Shown here piece by piece: positions 13,820 through 25,604 of a stretch of DNA of 64,000 nucleotides. The DNA is from Xylographa opegraphella (lineage: Eukaryota): contig JALDZX010000011.1 of NCBI GenBank assembly GCA_022813865.1, forward strand, positions 124,001 to 188,000, in the 5' to 3' direction. The notes beneath the pieces are model-generated. The model was not told the DNA's origin, did not search any database, and saw only the letters and a list, made by a program, of their open reading frames with translations. The position numbers were made by a program, and so were the translations under genes. Within the stretch, counting starts at the first letter, position 1. Each line of letters begins with the position of its first letter.

Positions 13820-14895
13820 CCATGTCGCTGGCGGATGTACATAGCGTCTTCGCGGTCTTGCTTGCGGATCTGATGGGACGCAATGCTACGGAGATATACC
13901 CCGGGGCTAGAATAAGTATGAATCACGCATGCCTTGCTTTATAAACTCAAGTGCAATGTCTGAGGGTTCACGTGTATGCAACTTCATGATGTCCATTTTG
14001 TTTGAATCCTACTCCTCCGCCCCGGTGTTCACATTTTCAGAAGAGGCCGAACCGTCTCTCGCTCGCGCTGCTTTGTCCCTCGTGCACTCATCGTCTCCAT
14101 ATCGTCCTCCCCTCCCCTTGCCGCGTCGCGTTCACATCCCTTGCAGTCCAGATCCAGCATTTCCCGCACCTCCGCCTATCTTAAACCTCCACCTCCCTTC
14201 CACACACAGAACAGGGAGTTCTCAAGCATTCCCCGCCAAGACAAGCCAACGCAGCTGCGTTATTCCCACCAGCGAGGGGCTTCCCAGGAATGAATGAATG
14301 AATGGCACGAGCGACGGAGGGGGCTGGGCTGCGCGGCAACGTGGGTATCCGCAGGAGGTCGGCGGTCGGCGGTCGGAGATAGCGCTGAGGGCTGAGGGTG
14401 GGTTTGGCTATATCGGCGCTGTGCTGGATGGTCTCGACGGGTGGGAAGTTGTGTTTGGATGAGGTGAGGGCGGCTGGGCTGTGGATGTGGCGGTTTGGGG
14501 TTGGGGGCGGGGGTGGGGAGTGCTTTTGCAGTAGGGTGTGTAGGCGTGGCTGCTATTGCTGTGGGATGATATATGGCTGGGTAGCTGGCTTGGGGGAAAT
14601 GGGTGGAGGGTGTATGGTATACTGGAGTGGGAGCCAGAGCTTCAAGAGTCGGAGACGGAGGGAGGGATATTGATGCGAGGGCTCAAGGTTATTGGAACCC
14701 AATGAAGTGGCCGTCACGCCTGGCTTCCAAGACCTGTATGCACTGTGGACAATGCCTGACATCGAATTGATGAGGAAGTCGTTTCTGGAAATGGCAATGT
14801 ACCATGGTTCCCAGCGGTCTTCTCCTCAACGAGAGCGCTTTCGCGCAACCACACGGATGGAATACCAGAAGCGCTAAGCACGGACTTCACCTCCA

Positions 14896-15689
14896 TCAAA
14901 CAATCCCACCGCCGGGCAGCCGAAACACCAGATGCAGTGTTGCGTTCTATTCCTCAGTCAGCCACACCTTTCCAAGCACAGCACATACGAGTGTCCCCTT
15001 CGGGGGGAAACGTACGTTGGAAACATTGTAGTCCCGCAGCGTCATCACTAGATCCGCTCGTAACCACGCTTTCCACGCCCCCTTCGAATGCAGCTACCTA
15101 CCGCGTCTAGATCTCGCTTCGACAAACTCCTTTCCCGCATACAGTAAGCGGATGTGTTCTGGGCTGACGTCTACTCGCTTGGAAACCATCGCCTTGAAGC
15201 ACTGGATGGTGCAGTCCATAGCCACGTGTTTGAAGTTCAGGGGTCTCCTCCCTGCAATTGCAGGGCTGATGCATACGTTATCGAGGAGATCAGAGGTGGT
15301 GGCCGCGGGCGTGTGATTGGATGGAGGTTGGTCGGAAGCACTGGGAGGCGGAACATTGGGTATAAGGAGGATCACGAAGCCCTGAGTGTATCAGTAAGTA
15401 GCTTCTGGGAGATAGACCGAAGGTGGATCGAACATCCCTGATATCATATGACTGGAGGGTTCGAGTGTCTGGAAACAAGTGAGTCATTGGTTATCGGTGT
15501 ACCTCTGTGTTCCGAAGTTGCAACCTCACCTTCAAGAAACCATGCGCCGAAAAGGAGTCGCTGATCTTTGACAGCGAGTTGACGCTGTTCAAAGCCCATC
15601 TCCTTGAGGCTGGCGACTGTGACGTGCTCGTTCGGAAGCCAAAACGTGCTGCTTTCCCCAGTGGTCTCACGTACAACAACTTGCCACAT
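14896..15689 (-). CDS. Tandem two-domain ubiquitin-like protein (185 aa) ending RLPGG-GIV, 5 exons
   Basis: Exons 15689-15530, 15468-15434, 15381-15102, 15047-15016, 14946-14896 total 558 nt and splice in frame. Ubl1: QRLLFGAWFLEDTRTLQSYDIRDGFVILL; Ubl2: IRLLYAGKEF..MTLRDYNVSNNATLHLVFRLPGG (ubiquitin: [36 protein letters not shown]). Confidence 0.85.
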
Positions 15690-16452
15690 TATGAATATAT
15701 CCTCAAGTGATGCCTGAGATTGGTAAAAGCAGCAAAGCAGCCCAACAACCAGAATGCTTGGCTTGAGAGATGTGCAGAAGTAAAGTCATTTTATCGAGAC
15801 CGGAGGAATAGAATGATCACCTGAGTCATGAGACAAGGAGAAGGATCAAGGTGGTTATGGCTTGGTCGACGCGTTTGCAAAGCCGTGGTTTGAAAGTCTG
15901 CTGGCTCGCTTAAGAATCGTGAAGACTCCAAGCTGCAATACGGCATTGCAGTCCAGCCTATTCTGACCAGAGAATGGTGCACTGTCGGCCTTCTGGGCGG
16001 TTCCAGTCTTCAAGTTGGTATTGGTGGAACCATTGTCGAAGATTGTTTACCACAAACTGCGTCATGTTCTATCACCACGTATAACTATGTGGTGAAGGTG
16101 TCTGCAAAATGTTCGACCACGGACGATGTATTTCTGGTGCTTAAATTACTTGCCATGAGATTGCTATCTTTATCCGCCGGCAGGAAAGCGACGTTGCCGC
16201 GATGCCTCAAAGAATTACGTTAGGATGTTATGGTCACAGAAACGATGAAAGGAATAGAAAAGTTGCAGAATTTGGCAGAACCTGCTAGGAATCAACGCAA
16301 TCCGAACCCGATACTATTTCTGGTTTGATAGCAGTGAGTTTGACTTATCAACGTCGCGAGGGCCATCTTTGTGCCGGATGTGAAGGCGTCTTCCCGATTC
16401 AAATTGTGCTTCAAAGAGCAATGTCCTGAGATAGCTGCATCGGAACGCTACA

Positions 16453-16459
16453 TATAAAA
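16453..16459 (+). promoter_or_regulatory. Putative TATA box in the divergent Ubl/RBR intergenic region
   Basis: TATAAAA about 140 nt upstream of the RBR ATG at 16595. Confidence 0.35.
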
Positions 16460-16594
16460 TTAGTAGAAACCAAGACGAGAACAAGAAACGACTTCTTTAA
16501 GAAATACGCAGAATCGTCCACGTACTATCAAGGTTTATTTTTATTTGCGATACGTGCAACAACAGGTAGCTGTGATAGATTCCGCAACTCGACA

Positions 16595-17573
16595 ATGTCA
16601 ACAATTTTCGGGTCCAATATAAAATTGGAGTGCATTGTTTGTGGTGAGGTGCCCTGCATGGCTATCAAGTCCGCTATAAAGCAGTGCAGGCATGCAAGAA
16701 ATGTTTGTCTATATTGCCTCGCGAAGCTGATTGAGGTCGCTGTAGATAGAGGAGGATGGGATAACCTACGCTGTCCCGATCCCCAATGTCAAATGGGATT
16801 AGCATACGAAGATGTTCGACAAGCGTCCCAACAGTCGACTTTCAATCGGTATGAAATCGAACTTCTCAATAACGCGAAATAATACTGAGACTTATACTGC
16901 CAGATATGACGATTACATGACTCTACGTGCAGCAAGACGCATTCCAAATTTCATGCAGTGCAACAGGCCTATGGGGATCTGTGCTGCGTCACAGATTCAT
17001 GAAGGTGGAGGTACGTCTGACGAAAAAGTACATCAGATAGAGCAGACTCTGCTTATTTCGTGCGTTGAAGCTTCAGACAGACTGCAATGCTGATAGCTGA
17101 AGACGTGAATCCACAGATGAAATGCTATGTTTGCGGCTACTTGAGCTGCTACAGTTGCTCTGCTGCATGGCATGAAGGAAAAACCTGCTCACAGGCACAC
17201 AGTCTTCTTCCTGAAGATCCAGAAAGCGAAGCTTTCAGGCGCAAATTTTGTAAGCGGTGTCCCGGCGCTGGCTGTGGCTTACATGTCAAAAAAGACGGGT
17301 TGTGCCACGAGATGAAGTGTCCGAACGGTAAGATCCATCCAGTGCTTGGAAAATTTTTGCTGAAAGACGATCGAAGTTGCCTGCGGGGTTTTGTGGTGCT
17401 GGGAATGCAAACTCATTATGGATACAGGTGTGGTATACGAGAAACGAAACAATGATCAGCATTTAATAACATGCAACGCCCCACGAGTTCGCTCAAGCCG
17501 AGACACGGCTTGTGGAACTTCCACATGCGTGGCGAAGCCTCCAGCCAGCGACGGAAGTTATAGAAACGGTTGA
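16595..17573 (+). CDS. Compact RBR (RING1-IBR-RING2) E3 ubiquitin ligase, about 260 aa, 4 exons
   Basis: Introns 16849-16903, 17011-17102, 17328-17376 splice in frame (783 nt). RING1 CIVC..CRH..CLYC..CPDPQC; IBR C..C..CYVC..CYSC..WHEGKTC; RING2 KRCPGAGC..KKDGLCHEMKC..C..WCWEC with Cys at the catalytic position. Confidence 0.85.
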
Positions 17574-18273
17574 GATGAAGATGAAGGATTCGTGGGTGCA
17601 GGTGAAGAATATTAGCATGACCGCAAAGGAATTGGACTTGCAGCCTGGATCCCATCGACAACGAAAGAGGTTTAGGACGAATTTGTCGAAACGCTGCAGG
17701 GCAAAGGGTAGACTACCTTAGGTACTCTCATACTGCTTCATGCCAGTCCCATCAACATACTTACCATATCAATCCGGCAGCTGTTAACGCTCTGGGCCGT
17801 AACATTTTCTGTCATAAGGCAATAAAGACCAAGCGACTTCTTGAGTTATAAAGCAAGCAATGATCTGTACTGACTACTGAAATCAGAATCGAACGAAGTA
17901 AGAGACAATTTCGTAGTGCAGTGGATGTTTGATCAATCGGTTTTGTATAGCACAAGTTTCACGTAGAGCACAATATGAGTGAGACAGCCCATCAGTGTAA
18001 CCACTCCATGGTTCTAATGATCAATTTCTGGCCCGCAGACGACCGATCAGAACAACATAGATCAGTCTTCTCTCGACCGTGGTTGAAGGAGCAACAATCA
18101 GCGTTCAAAGCGCAGGAGATGAGGTCTTCGCATGGTGACTCAGCAGACGAGACCAGCGAATCGCTTTCGTCATGCTGCCCAACCGCGTGCTCCATTCATG
18201 TTGAGACGTCCACCTCTTCAGTGACCAGGCTTCTCTCCTTCGTGTCGAACATCTGTGATGATGATCGCGCAGA

Positions 18274-20060
18274 ATGTACTCGCGCAACTCCAGCCACAGC
18301 CGCAACGGCCATATCGACACCCTCGACTTCGACAGCCACCGGAAGGCTCCCTCTGCGAACGACGGCTCGAGAAGCCCAAGCCCGCATGGGCTGCTGAGAG
18401 ACAATGACAGCCTGCTCAGCGACGTGGTCGATGGTATAATAGAGAGAGATCGGCGGAAGATGCAGCGGCTTGTCACCAAGTACCTCAGCTTTGCAAGCGC
18501 CATTCTGAGCTGGTATGTCCACTTTCCTCGGCAGCAGCTTTATTATTGAGACTGACTGGATGACCATCTCCTAGTCTCTGCGCAGGCTCTATCACCGCCT
18601 TCTCCGTTTATGGACACCTCTTCCTCTCTCGCCTCATGTACACCCAATTCCAAGTCAACGCCGTTTCCATCACAGCGGAACTGGGCATGTACCTCCCGGT
18701 CCCCATCTTCGGCTACCTCTGTGACCGCTACTCGCCCCGCCCGCTTTCTGTCCTGGCCGCCTTCTTCTTTGGTTCTGGATATCTATTAGCGGCATTTACA
18801 TATCATTCAGGCGCCCCCTCTCGCGGTGGCTGGCCCTTTGGCGTTATGATCCTGGCATTTGTTGGCATTGGAATGGGTACCAGTTGCATGTACCTCAGCG
18901 CAGTGACGACCTGCGCGAAGAACTTCGGCAGGGGCAAGCACAAGGGCTTGGCGCTGGCAATGCCAATCGCGGCTTTTGGCTTGAGTGGAATGTGGCAGAG
19001 CCAGATTGGGAGCCGGGTGCTATACGAAGTGAGCGCGGACGGCGGCCAAGGCGACGTCGACGTGTTCAAATTCTTCCTCTTCCTCAGCGGGACGCTGTTC
19101 GGCGTTGGCCTCATCGGCGCCGTATTCCTCAAAGTGGTCGACGAAGACGAGCTCATCGAAGAAGGCGTCGAAGAGCTCGAGTCGAGCGGCCTCCTTGAAG
19201 AAAGCGCCTTCTTCCATCGCTCCAACCCCTACGACTCCACCAACTACGGCACCGTCGACTCATCGCACGAAGAGCGCTTCCACTCGCAGCACGACAGCGC
19301 CGCCCACAAAGCCTACGACGACGACGAAGACGAGCGCAAGAAGACCTGGCTCCTCAACGCCGAAACGCGCCGCTTCCTCGGCGACCACACAATGTGGTTC
19401 CTGGCCGGGGGCTTCTTCCTCGTGACGGGCCCTGGCGAAGCCTTCATCAACAACCTCGGCACCATCATCACCACGCTCTACCCCCCTCCCGCCACCGCCC
19501 CGGCCTCCAACTCCGCCACCACGCACGTCTCCATCATCGCCTTGACATCCACGCTCGCGCGCCTCCTCACCGGCACGCTGACGGACCTCCTCGCGCCCAG
19601 CAGCCCCCCCTCCCCACCCAAACGCCTCGCCCTCTCCCGGCTCACCTTCCTCCTCGCCTCCACCCTGCTCCTCACCCTCGCCTTCCTCCTCCTCGCCTCC
19701 CCCCTCATCGCCGCCCACCCTGCCGCCCTGCCCCTCGTCTCCGCCCTCGCCGGTACCGGCTACGGCGCCGTCTTTTCCCTCACCCCCATCATCATCAGCG
19801 TCGTCTGGGGCGTGCAGAACTTCGGCACCAACTGGGGTGTCGTCGCTATGGTCCCCGCCGCTGGCGCCACCGTCTGGAGCGCCGTCTACTCCGTCGTCTA
19901 CGAGGCGGGCGTCTGTGACGGCGAGACCTTGTGCTGGGGGAGGGCTTGCTTCGCGGGCTCCTTCTGGGCCATGGCTGCCAGTGGGGTGGTGGCGATGGGG
20001 CTGTGGGCGTGGGCGTGGAGGGGGAAGGGCGGCTGGGCCGCTAGGGGGATTGCGGTATGA
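18274..20060 (+). CDS. MCH1: MFS transporter, MCH1-like
   Basis: Intron 18513-18574 joins exon 1 to CLCAGSITAFSVYG; MYLPVPIFGYLCD, YLSAVTTCAKNF, GPGEAFINNLG, WGVQNFGTNWG; many TM segments. Confidence 0.85.
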
Positions 20061-20618
20061 TGCTGGTGGGGAAGGAAAGGAGGGGCGGGGGAGAAGAAAA
20101 GGTGACGGCGAATGTGGGTTGTAGATCTTTTGGAGGGAGAGGACGTTTATCGCGTGTGTTACGAATGACAATTCCTGGATGGGAATTTGCGTTGGGGATA
20201 AGGCTGGTTGTATAGTAGATTGCCCCCATCGATGGGCATGGCGTTCCGATATCCCGTAATCAATGGAATTGAGAGTTCCGGTTCTTTGCTTCTCCTCCTA
20301 GTAAAATTCGTTCCAAGGTCTGTTTGCTGAGTGACCCTGGGCATCGCACAATGCAGCGAACACGATATGTCCACCGTGTATGGCTAGTATCACACATCAA
20401 ACTACGCCGCAAAAGGAGTCACCTAGGAGCAAGCACGGCACAAACCACCACCCCTCGCGGTTGCGATACCCATCGATTATGTCTACCTACACGTAACTCA
20501 AGCTCTATTACAGTTACAGGCAATCATCTAGTCATCCTTTCATCACAAGCCGGATCGCAGCCCTCCCTGATCTCACAAGCCTCCACGCTATCCGTCCACT
20601 GCTGTACAGTACACCCCC

Positions 20619-23600
20619 TCAATGACCGCGGGCAGCCTGCGTGGCCATCATGCGCTGATGCCCATCCACCATCTCCACCAGACGCGTCTGCTCTAACGGC
20701 GTAAGCAGCAAGTACAAGCGCTGGAAGTGCGGGTCCATGCCAGCGTTCGCGAAGAACTCCACCAGGTATTTCTGCGTCTCGTCGTCGGCTTTCTGGGGGC
20801 CGAGGCCGCTGGAGTCGGTGCTCCAAGAGTCGACGGAACCACCGGAGCAGTGCTTGGAGTGAAGCAAGCTGTGGGATGATGGGACGGTATCGTAAGCGGG
20901 AACGAGCTCGTTGATGAGAAGTTTAATGATTTTCAGGTCCGCGGAGACGATGGTATACTTAATCGGGTCTTTCTTGGCCATGGAACGGGTCTTGATGCGT
21001 GAAGCTGTACGGTCGACGATCATGTCACCGTTGACCTGAATAGTGTCGAAACGAGGGTCATGAGCGCTATAAATAGCGACGAGCGCCATGATATTTTGAC
21101 GAATAGCCTCGAAACCGACGAAATGGGTGGAATTCTCGAGCCATTTCTTGGTGACAACCACAAGGCCGGTGGTTTCCCCAATAGGAAGCTCAGCTAGGAA
21201 ATTGAGCACATCCGAAGTGTTGAGAAGGGAGAGGCGGGCAAAGACTTTGACAAGGCTCTGTACAAGAGTGACGTGTTCGGCGCTGCAGAGACGAACAGCG
21301 CAAACTTTCAGAAGGTCACGCATCGAGTTACCGAGTAGCTCAGGACCAGCCTTCTCAACGACTTCGACTGCTAATTCTCCAACTTCGGCTGCGGACGCGT
21401 CATCGACCTGAGGACTAAGCAAATGAGCGACGACGAGAAGCAGCATTTCAAGCCCAGTCTTCTGGAATTCGGGATCAACCCAGGCAAAGACCGTGGCGGG
21501 GTCGTTGCACAAGATTTCCTTAATGACGAGGGTTGCCTGCTGAAGCAAATAGAAGTCGCCATCGGACAAGATGACACGACAGAGGCGTGGCATGGCCTCG
21601 GAAATAAAACCTTCGGGCACCGGTTCGATGGCATTGACAGCCAATAGCTTGATCAGATTCATCGAGACGTCCAAGAGAGCGGTTGCCTTCTCGTGGTCGT
21701 CGTCTGGCTTTGCGTCTAGATTAGCCACGAGAGCCGGCATGATCTTATAGCACAACTGAGCGTAACTTTCAGTGCCACTCTTAACCATAGCTTGTGCCGC
21801 ACATTCAAAAGCCTCTTCGACAAGGATGTAAGTCGACTCATCACGAGCGCCGCCCAGCTTGACCAAGGCAAGCATGACGTCGAAACCGTTGTGTTCCAAA
21901 CAAGTGGTAGGGCTAGCCATGATGGTATCACGTAGAGTCTGGAGAACGGTATCCACGAGATCCACATTGTCATCCATGTCCTCCATATCTTGAGTGTCCA
22001 GAAACTTTGCAATGCCATCAACAACCGCCATTTGCATCTCTATCGCAGCAGCATCTGGCAGTATGAGTAGGTAGGCCGACATGATGCGGATGCAAGAAGT
22101 TTTGACGATTTCACTATCATCTTCATCGAGCGCTTTGAGGGATTGGCGAGCGTAGCCGAGAACCATGTCTCGATTGCCTCCTGATCCGGCCATAGAAGAT
22201 GCCATGACTGAAGACATGACAATATGTCCGCGTGCGCGTAGGTAGTGACCAACTTGACACAGTTAGTGGCTTTCAAGTAGCTGTGCAACACATTGCACAA
22301 TTTCAACATAAATATTGCTTACCTTCGTTCATCGTAGATGCAATGTATTCGACGCATGGCCCAAGGGCATTTGCATCAAGGGGACGGCTCTCCGCCTTGT
22401 ACTCGTCCAAGATCTGCTGCAACTGAAAGAGAGCAGCCTCCTTATGACGCCAGCTGCACATGGGTATTAGTCAAGAGGTACTGAGACAAGGTGAGATGCG
22501 TACCTCGGGTTGGCATCCGCCCAAATCAGCTTCATGTATTCAACGATGCTTTTGAGTGTTTGGATTGGAAGCAATGCAGACATCCTCCACACAAAAGCTG
22601 AACATGAGCTACGCGGCGTATTGTTCGTCTCTGCAAACGTCTCTTCGCTCAGAAACACGTTGAAATCGATATCCCATAGTCCTTCGGATTCGGACGTGAT
22701 GGCGGAAAAGTTTACCAGGGATCCCACGACTTCCATCACCCATTGGGAGGTAGCATCACCTTTGCCTTGCAATTCGTCGTTGGTCATTCTATCGAGTTGC
22801 ACACGAACAGCTGGAGCATCCAACAAAGTCTGAAGGAAGTCCAGTTCCTCGATCACGAGCAAGTCAAAGGTATAAGGCAGTCCATTAGCGGTCACGAGAT
22901 TGCCCTGTTTGTCGCCATCGACGAAACAGGCGTAGTACGCTCCACCGTGAGCTTGCAAGGCGGCCCAGCAAGCACTGAATAGCTCCTGTGTTGGCAGGAT
23001 ATCCGGGTAGATGTACTGGATCCTCACAAGCGCCTATGCGAGGTTAGCACGCTCATTAGCCACAACGGCAAATTAGTACTTACTGCAAGCACTTGGATCT
23101 TCAACGCGACAACGCCGCGCCAGGTGGTTGCCACTTCATTTTCCGCCTCGTTCTCCTGTTCAGTAGTCGGTAGCGTCGGCATACGTTCATTGATGACATC
23201 CCTGAAGAAGGTGGACCAGGCATCGCAAATCCCGCGAACAAAGTGCCTAATGCCTACTTCCTCTTTATCCTTAAGAGTCTCGACCGAGTCAAAGCACATC
23301 CTGAACACACCGATAGCGTGAGCTCGGACCAAGAGCTTTTTGCTCCCGTCTGCCGCGACATCGTGAAAGAATTTGACCAGATCATTAGCAGAGGTGTAGA
23401 ACTGGTCCTCGTCCAATCCATCCTGAATGAGCTCACCAAGAACGATGAGGATAGCTTCAGTCACGGTATCGTTTGCGGTTGATTGCTGACTCAGAAGCAA
23501 GTCGAGTAAGTCGGGCCATTCTTCGGGGAATTCAGCACGCGCGATCTTGCTGACGATGACAGCAGTCTGGTTGATGACCTTGCTATCGACATTTCCATCA

Positions 23601-23896
23601 AAGACGATCGCGAGCAAACGATTCTTGAGATCCGCCTTCACGTCGTCGCCGAGTAAGACTTCATCTCCGAACTCCTCGAGCGCGGGAGACCAGCCGATTC
23701 CGACCAGCTGCTTCAACACGACGAGTGCGATGATACGTTCGGGAAGAGCGACGTCGGGATGAGCGCCTATGGTTACTAATGCCCCCGGGAACGCTTGGTC
23801 GGAATAGAGGGCCTTAAGTTGCTGTTCTGCAGCCAAGCGAGTCGGAGCATCATGGGACTGGGTCGCTGCCAGTACCGGCAGAAGTTCTTGCTCCAT
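20619..23896 (-). CDS. KAP114: Importin-9 / Kap114 (importin-beta family), multi-exon
   Basis: IBN_N-like start MEQELLPVLAATQSHDAPTRLAAEQQL, EFPEEWPDLL, DFNVFLSEET, VNGDMIV..RIKTRSMAK; several introns between 22260 and 23090. Confidence 0.85.
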
Positions 23897-24184
23897 CTCG
23901 AAGATCAGTTGTCAGAGAAGTGAGGTGATAACAAAACAAAATTGATGAAAGCTTTGCTGAGCTGAAAGAGCGTTTGGAAGAGCCTGTGGTGGGTGTGGCG
24001 AAGTGAAGAAGGTGATGTTTGGAAGACGCGGTATCTCAACAGCAGCAAGATTTGTGTGAGTGTTGGCCCTCTGGAACACGCTAGGACCTTTAGCGCAATA
24101 TCAACAGCGATTCTCTGCTTCTGGTGAGTGGGAGAGATATGTTTCGGTGTGCTGAGAGTGCTCTGGCAGTTTCGTCCAAGTCCA

Positions 24185-25604
24185 ATGCCTCCCAGTACGC
24201 TCAACCCCCCGGTTCTGGACAACTACCAGGCCGTGGTCGCCGAGTTCTGCGAGTTCCTCACCGTCGCCGTCCACACTATCCTCTACGAGCGGGACATCTA
24301 CCCTCGAACCTCATTCCTCAGCGCCAGGAAGTATAACTATCCAGTCCGCCAAAATCGACATCCGAAGGTCTGTAAGTGGATTCGGGACGCAGTCGCCGCG
24401 GTGGAGGCCGAGTTGCTCAAGGTACACCCCACTTTCCTCGTCACAAGCACCGGTTCTGCAGTCTCACGTTTGCGCCTGCTTTGGACTCGTCCTTCGATGT
24501 TGCTCCAATCTATATCAATGAATACTCGCTTCGGCGCTAGGACTATTGTTCTAATACAGCCGGGTATCCAGCCGTTAGGCGAACGGCTAATCGTGCCGCT
24601 CCGGACGCGCTAATAACCCGTCTATTCCTTCCCAATCGAGCACTTGTATAGACTTTTATGCGATGCTACCCCTAACATCCGGTGTCGCTGCTGAACGCAA
24701 TTTGTCAACTCTCAGAGCGACCTTTTTCATTATTGTTTGATCTTGTCAACAAAAAGACTCTACCATCGCTCACTTGCCAACATGTCACTGCACCTCCTTC
24801 ACTTCTCCAACACCAAAACTCGATCACCCTCTCCTCACCTCACTCCATTCACTCCAACCACCACATCCTCCACAACCCCATCTCAGCCACACTAACAACC
24901 AGCAGGGCACCATCTCCCGTACATCCCTAATAATCTACTCACCGACCACCGTCCCCCTCGAGCGCTTCGTCTTCTCGACCGCGCACTTCCCCCAAGTACC
25001 CCACAACGAAACCTTCACCACCCTCGAAGTCCCCGACCCCGACGCTCCGCAACCGACCACCACCACCACCACCACAACCACCGAACCCCTCAACAATCCC
25101 AACCCCCCCAACAACCCCACCCTCCCCCCCACCCCCCTCATCAACCTCCACTCCCAATTCCGCGCCCTCTTCGCCCGCCTCTCCACCCGCCTCTCCTCCC
25201 TCACGCCCCTCCCCCCGGACTGCACCTTCACGCTAGCGATCGAGCTGCACGACCGCAGCGTGCGCGGGCCCGACGGCGACGACTTCGCGGGCCAGCCGCC
25301 GCTGTCCGGGAACAGCCCGTGGATCGCGGCCGAGCCGGGCCTGCAGCCGCGAGAGGAGGAGGGGCCGGGGGTGAGTAGTGCGGAGAGCGGGAGTGGTGAG
25401 GTCGGGGCAGAGGGGAGTGGGGAGGGCCAGGGCACGGCGGGGACGCGGAAGGAGGGGTTTGTGAGCCAGAAGGGGAAGTTTCTCGCTGGGGCGCGGACGG
25501 TGCCGTTGCGGAGTGTGGAGGCGGGGCCGTTTGTGATGGAGGTGTGGGTGGAGGAGGGGAGGGGGAAGGCCGAGGCGGTGGGGAACGGGAGCGGGAGCTG
25601 GTGA
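24185..25604 (+). CDS. REV7: DNA polymerase zeta accessory subunit Rev7 (HORMA domain)
   Basis: EFLTVAVHTILYERDIYPRTSFLSARKYNYPVRQNRHPKVCKWI; exon 2 LERFVFS, DCTFTLAIEL, PLRSVEAGPFVMEVWVEE; long intron 24422-24905. Confidence 0.92.

Noticed and set aside
24523..24540. CTCGCTTCGGC resembling the U6 snRNA 5' end
   Set aside because: No ACAGAGA box or downstream U6 core
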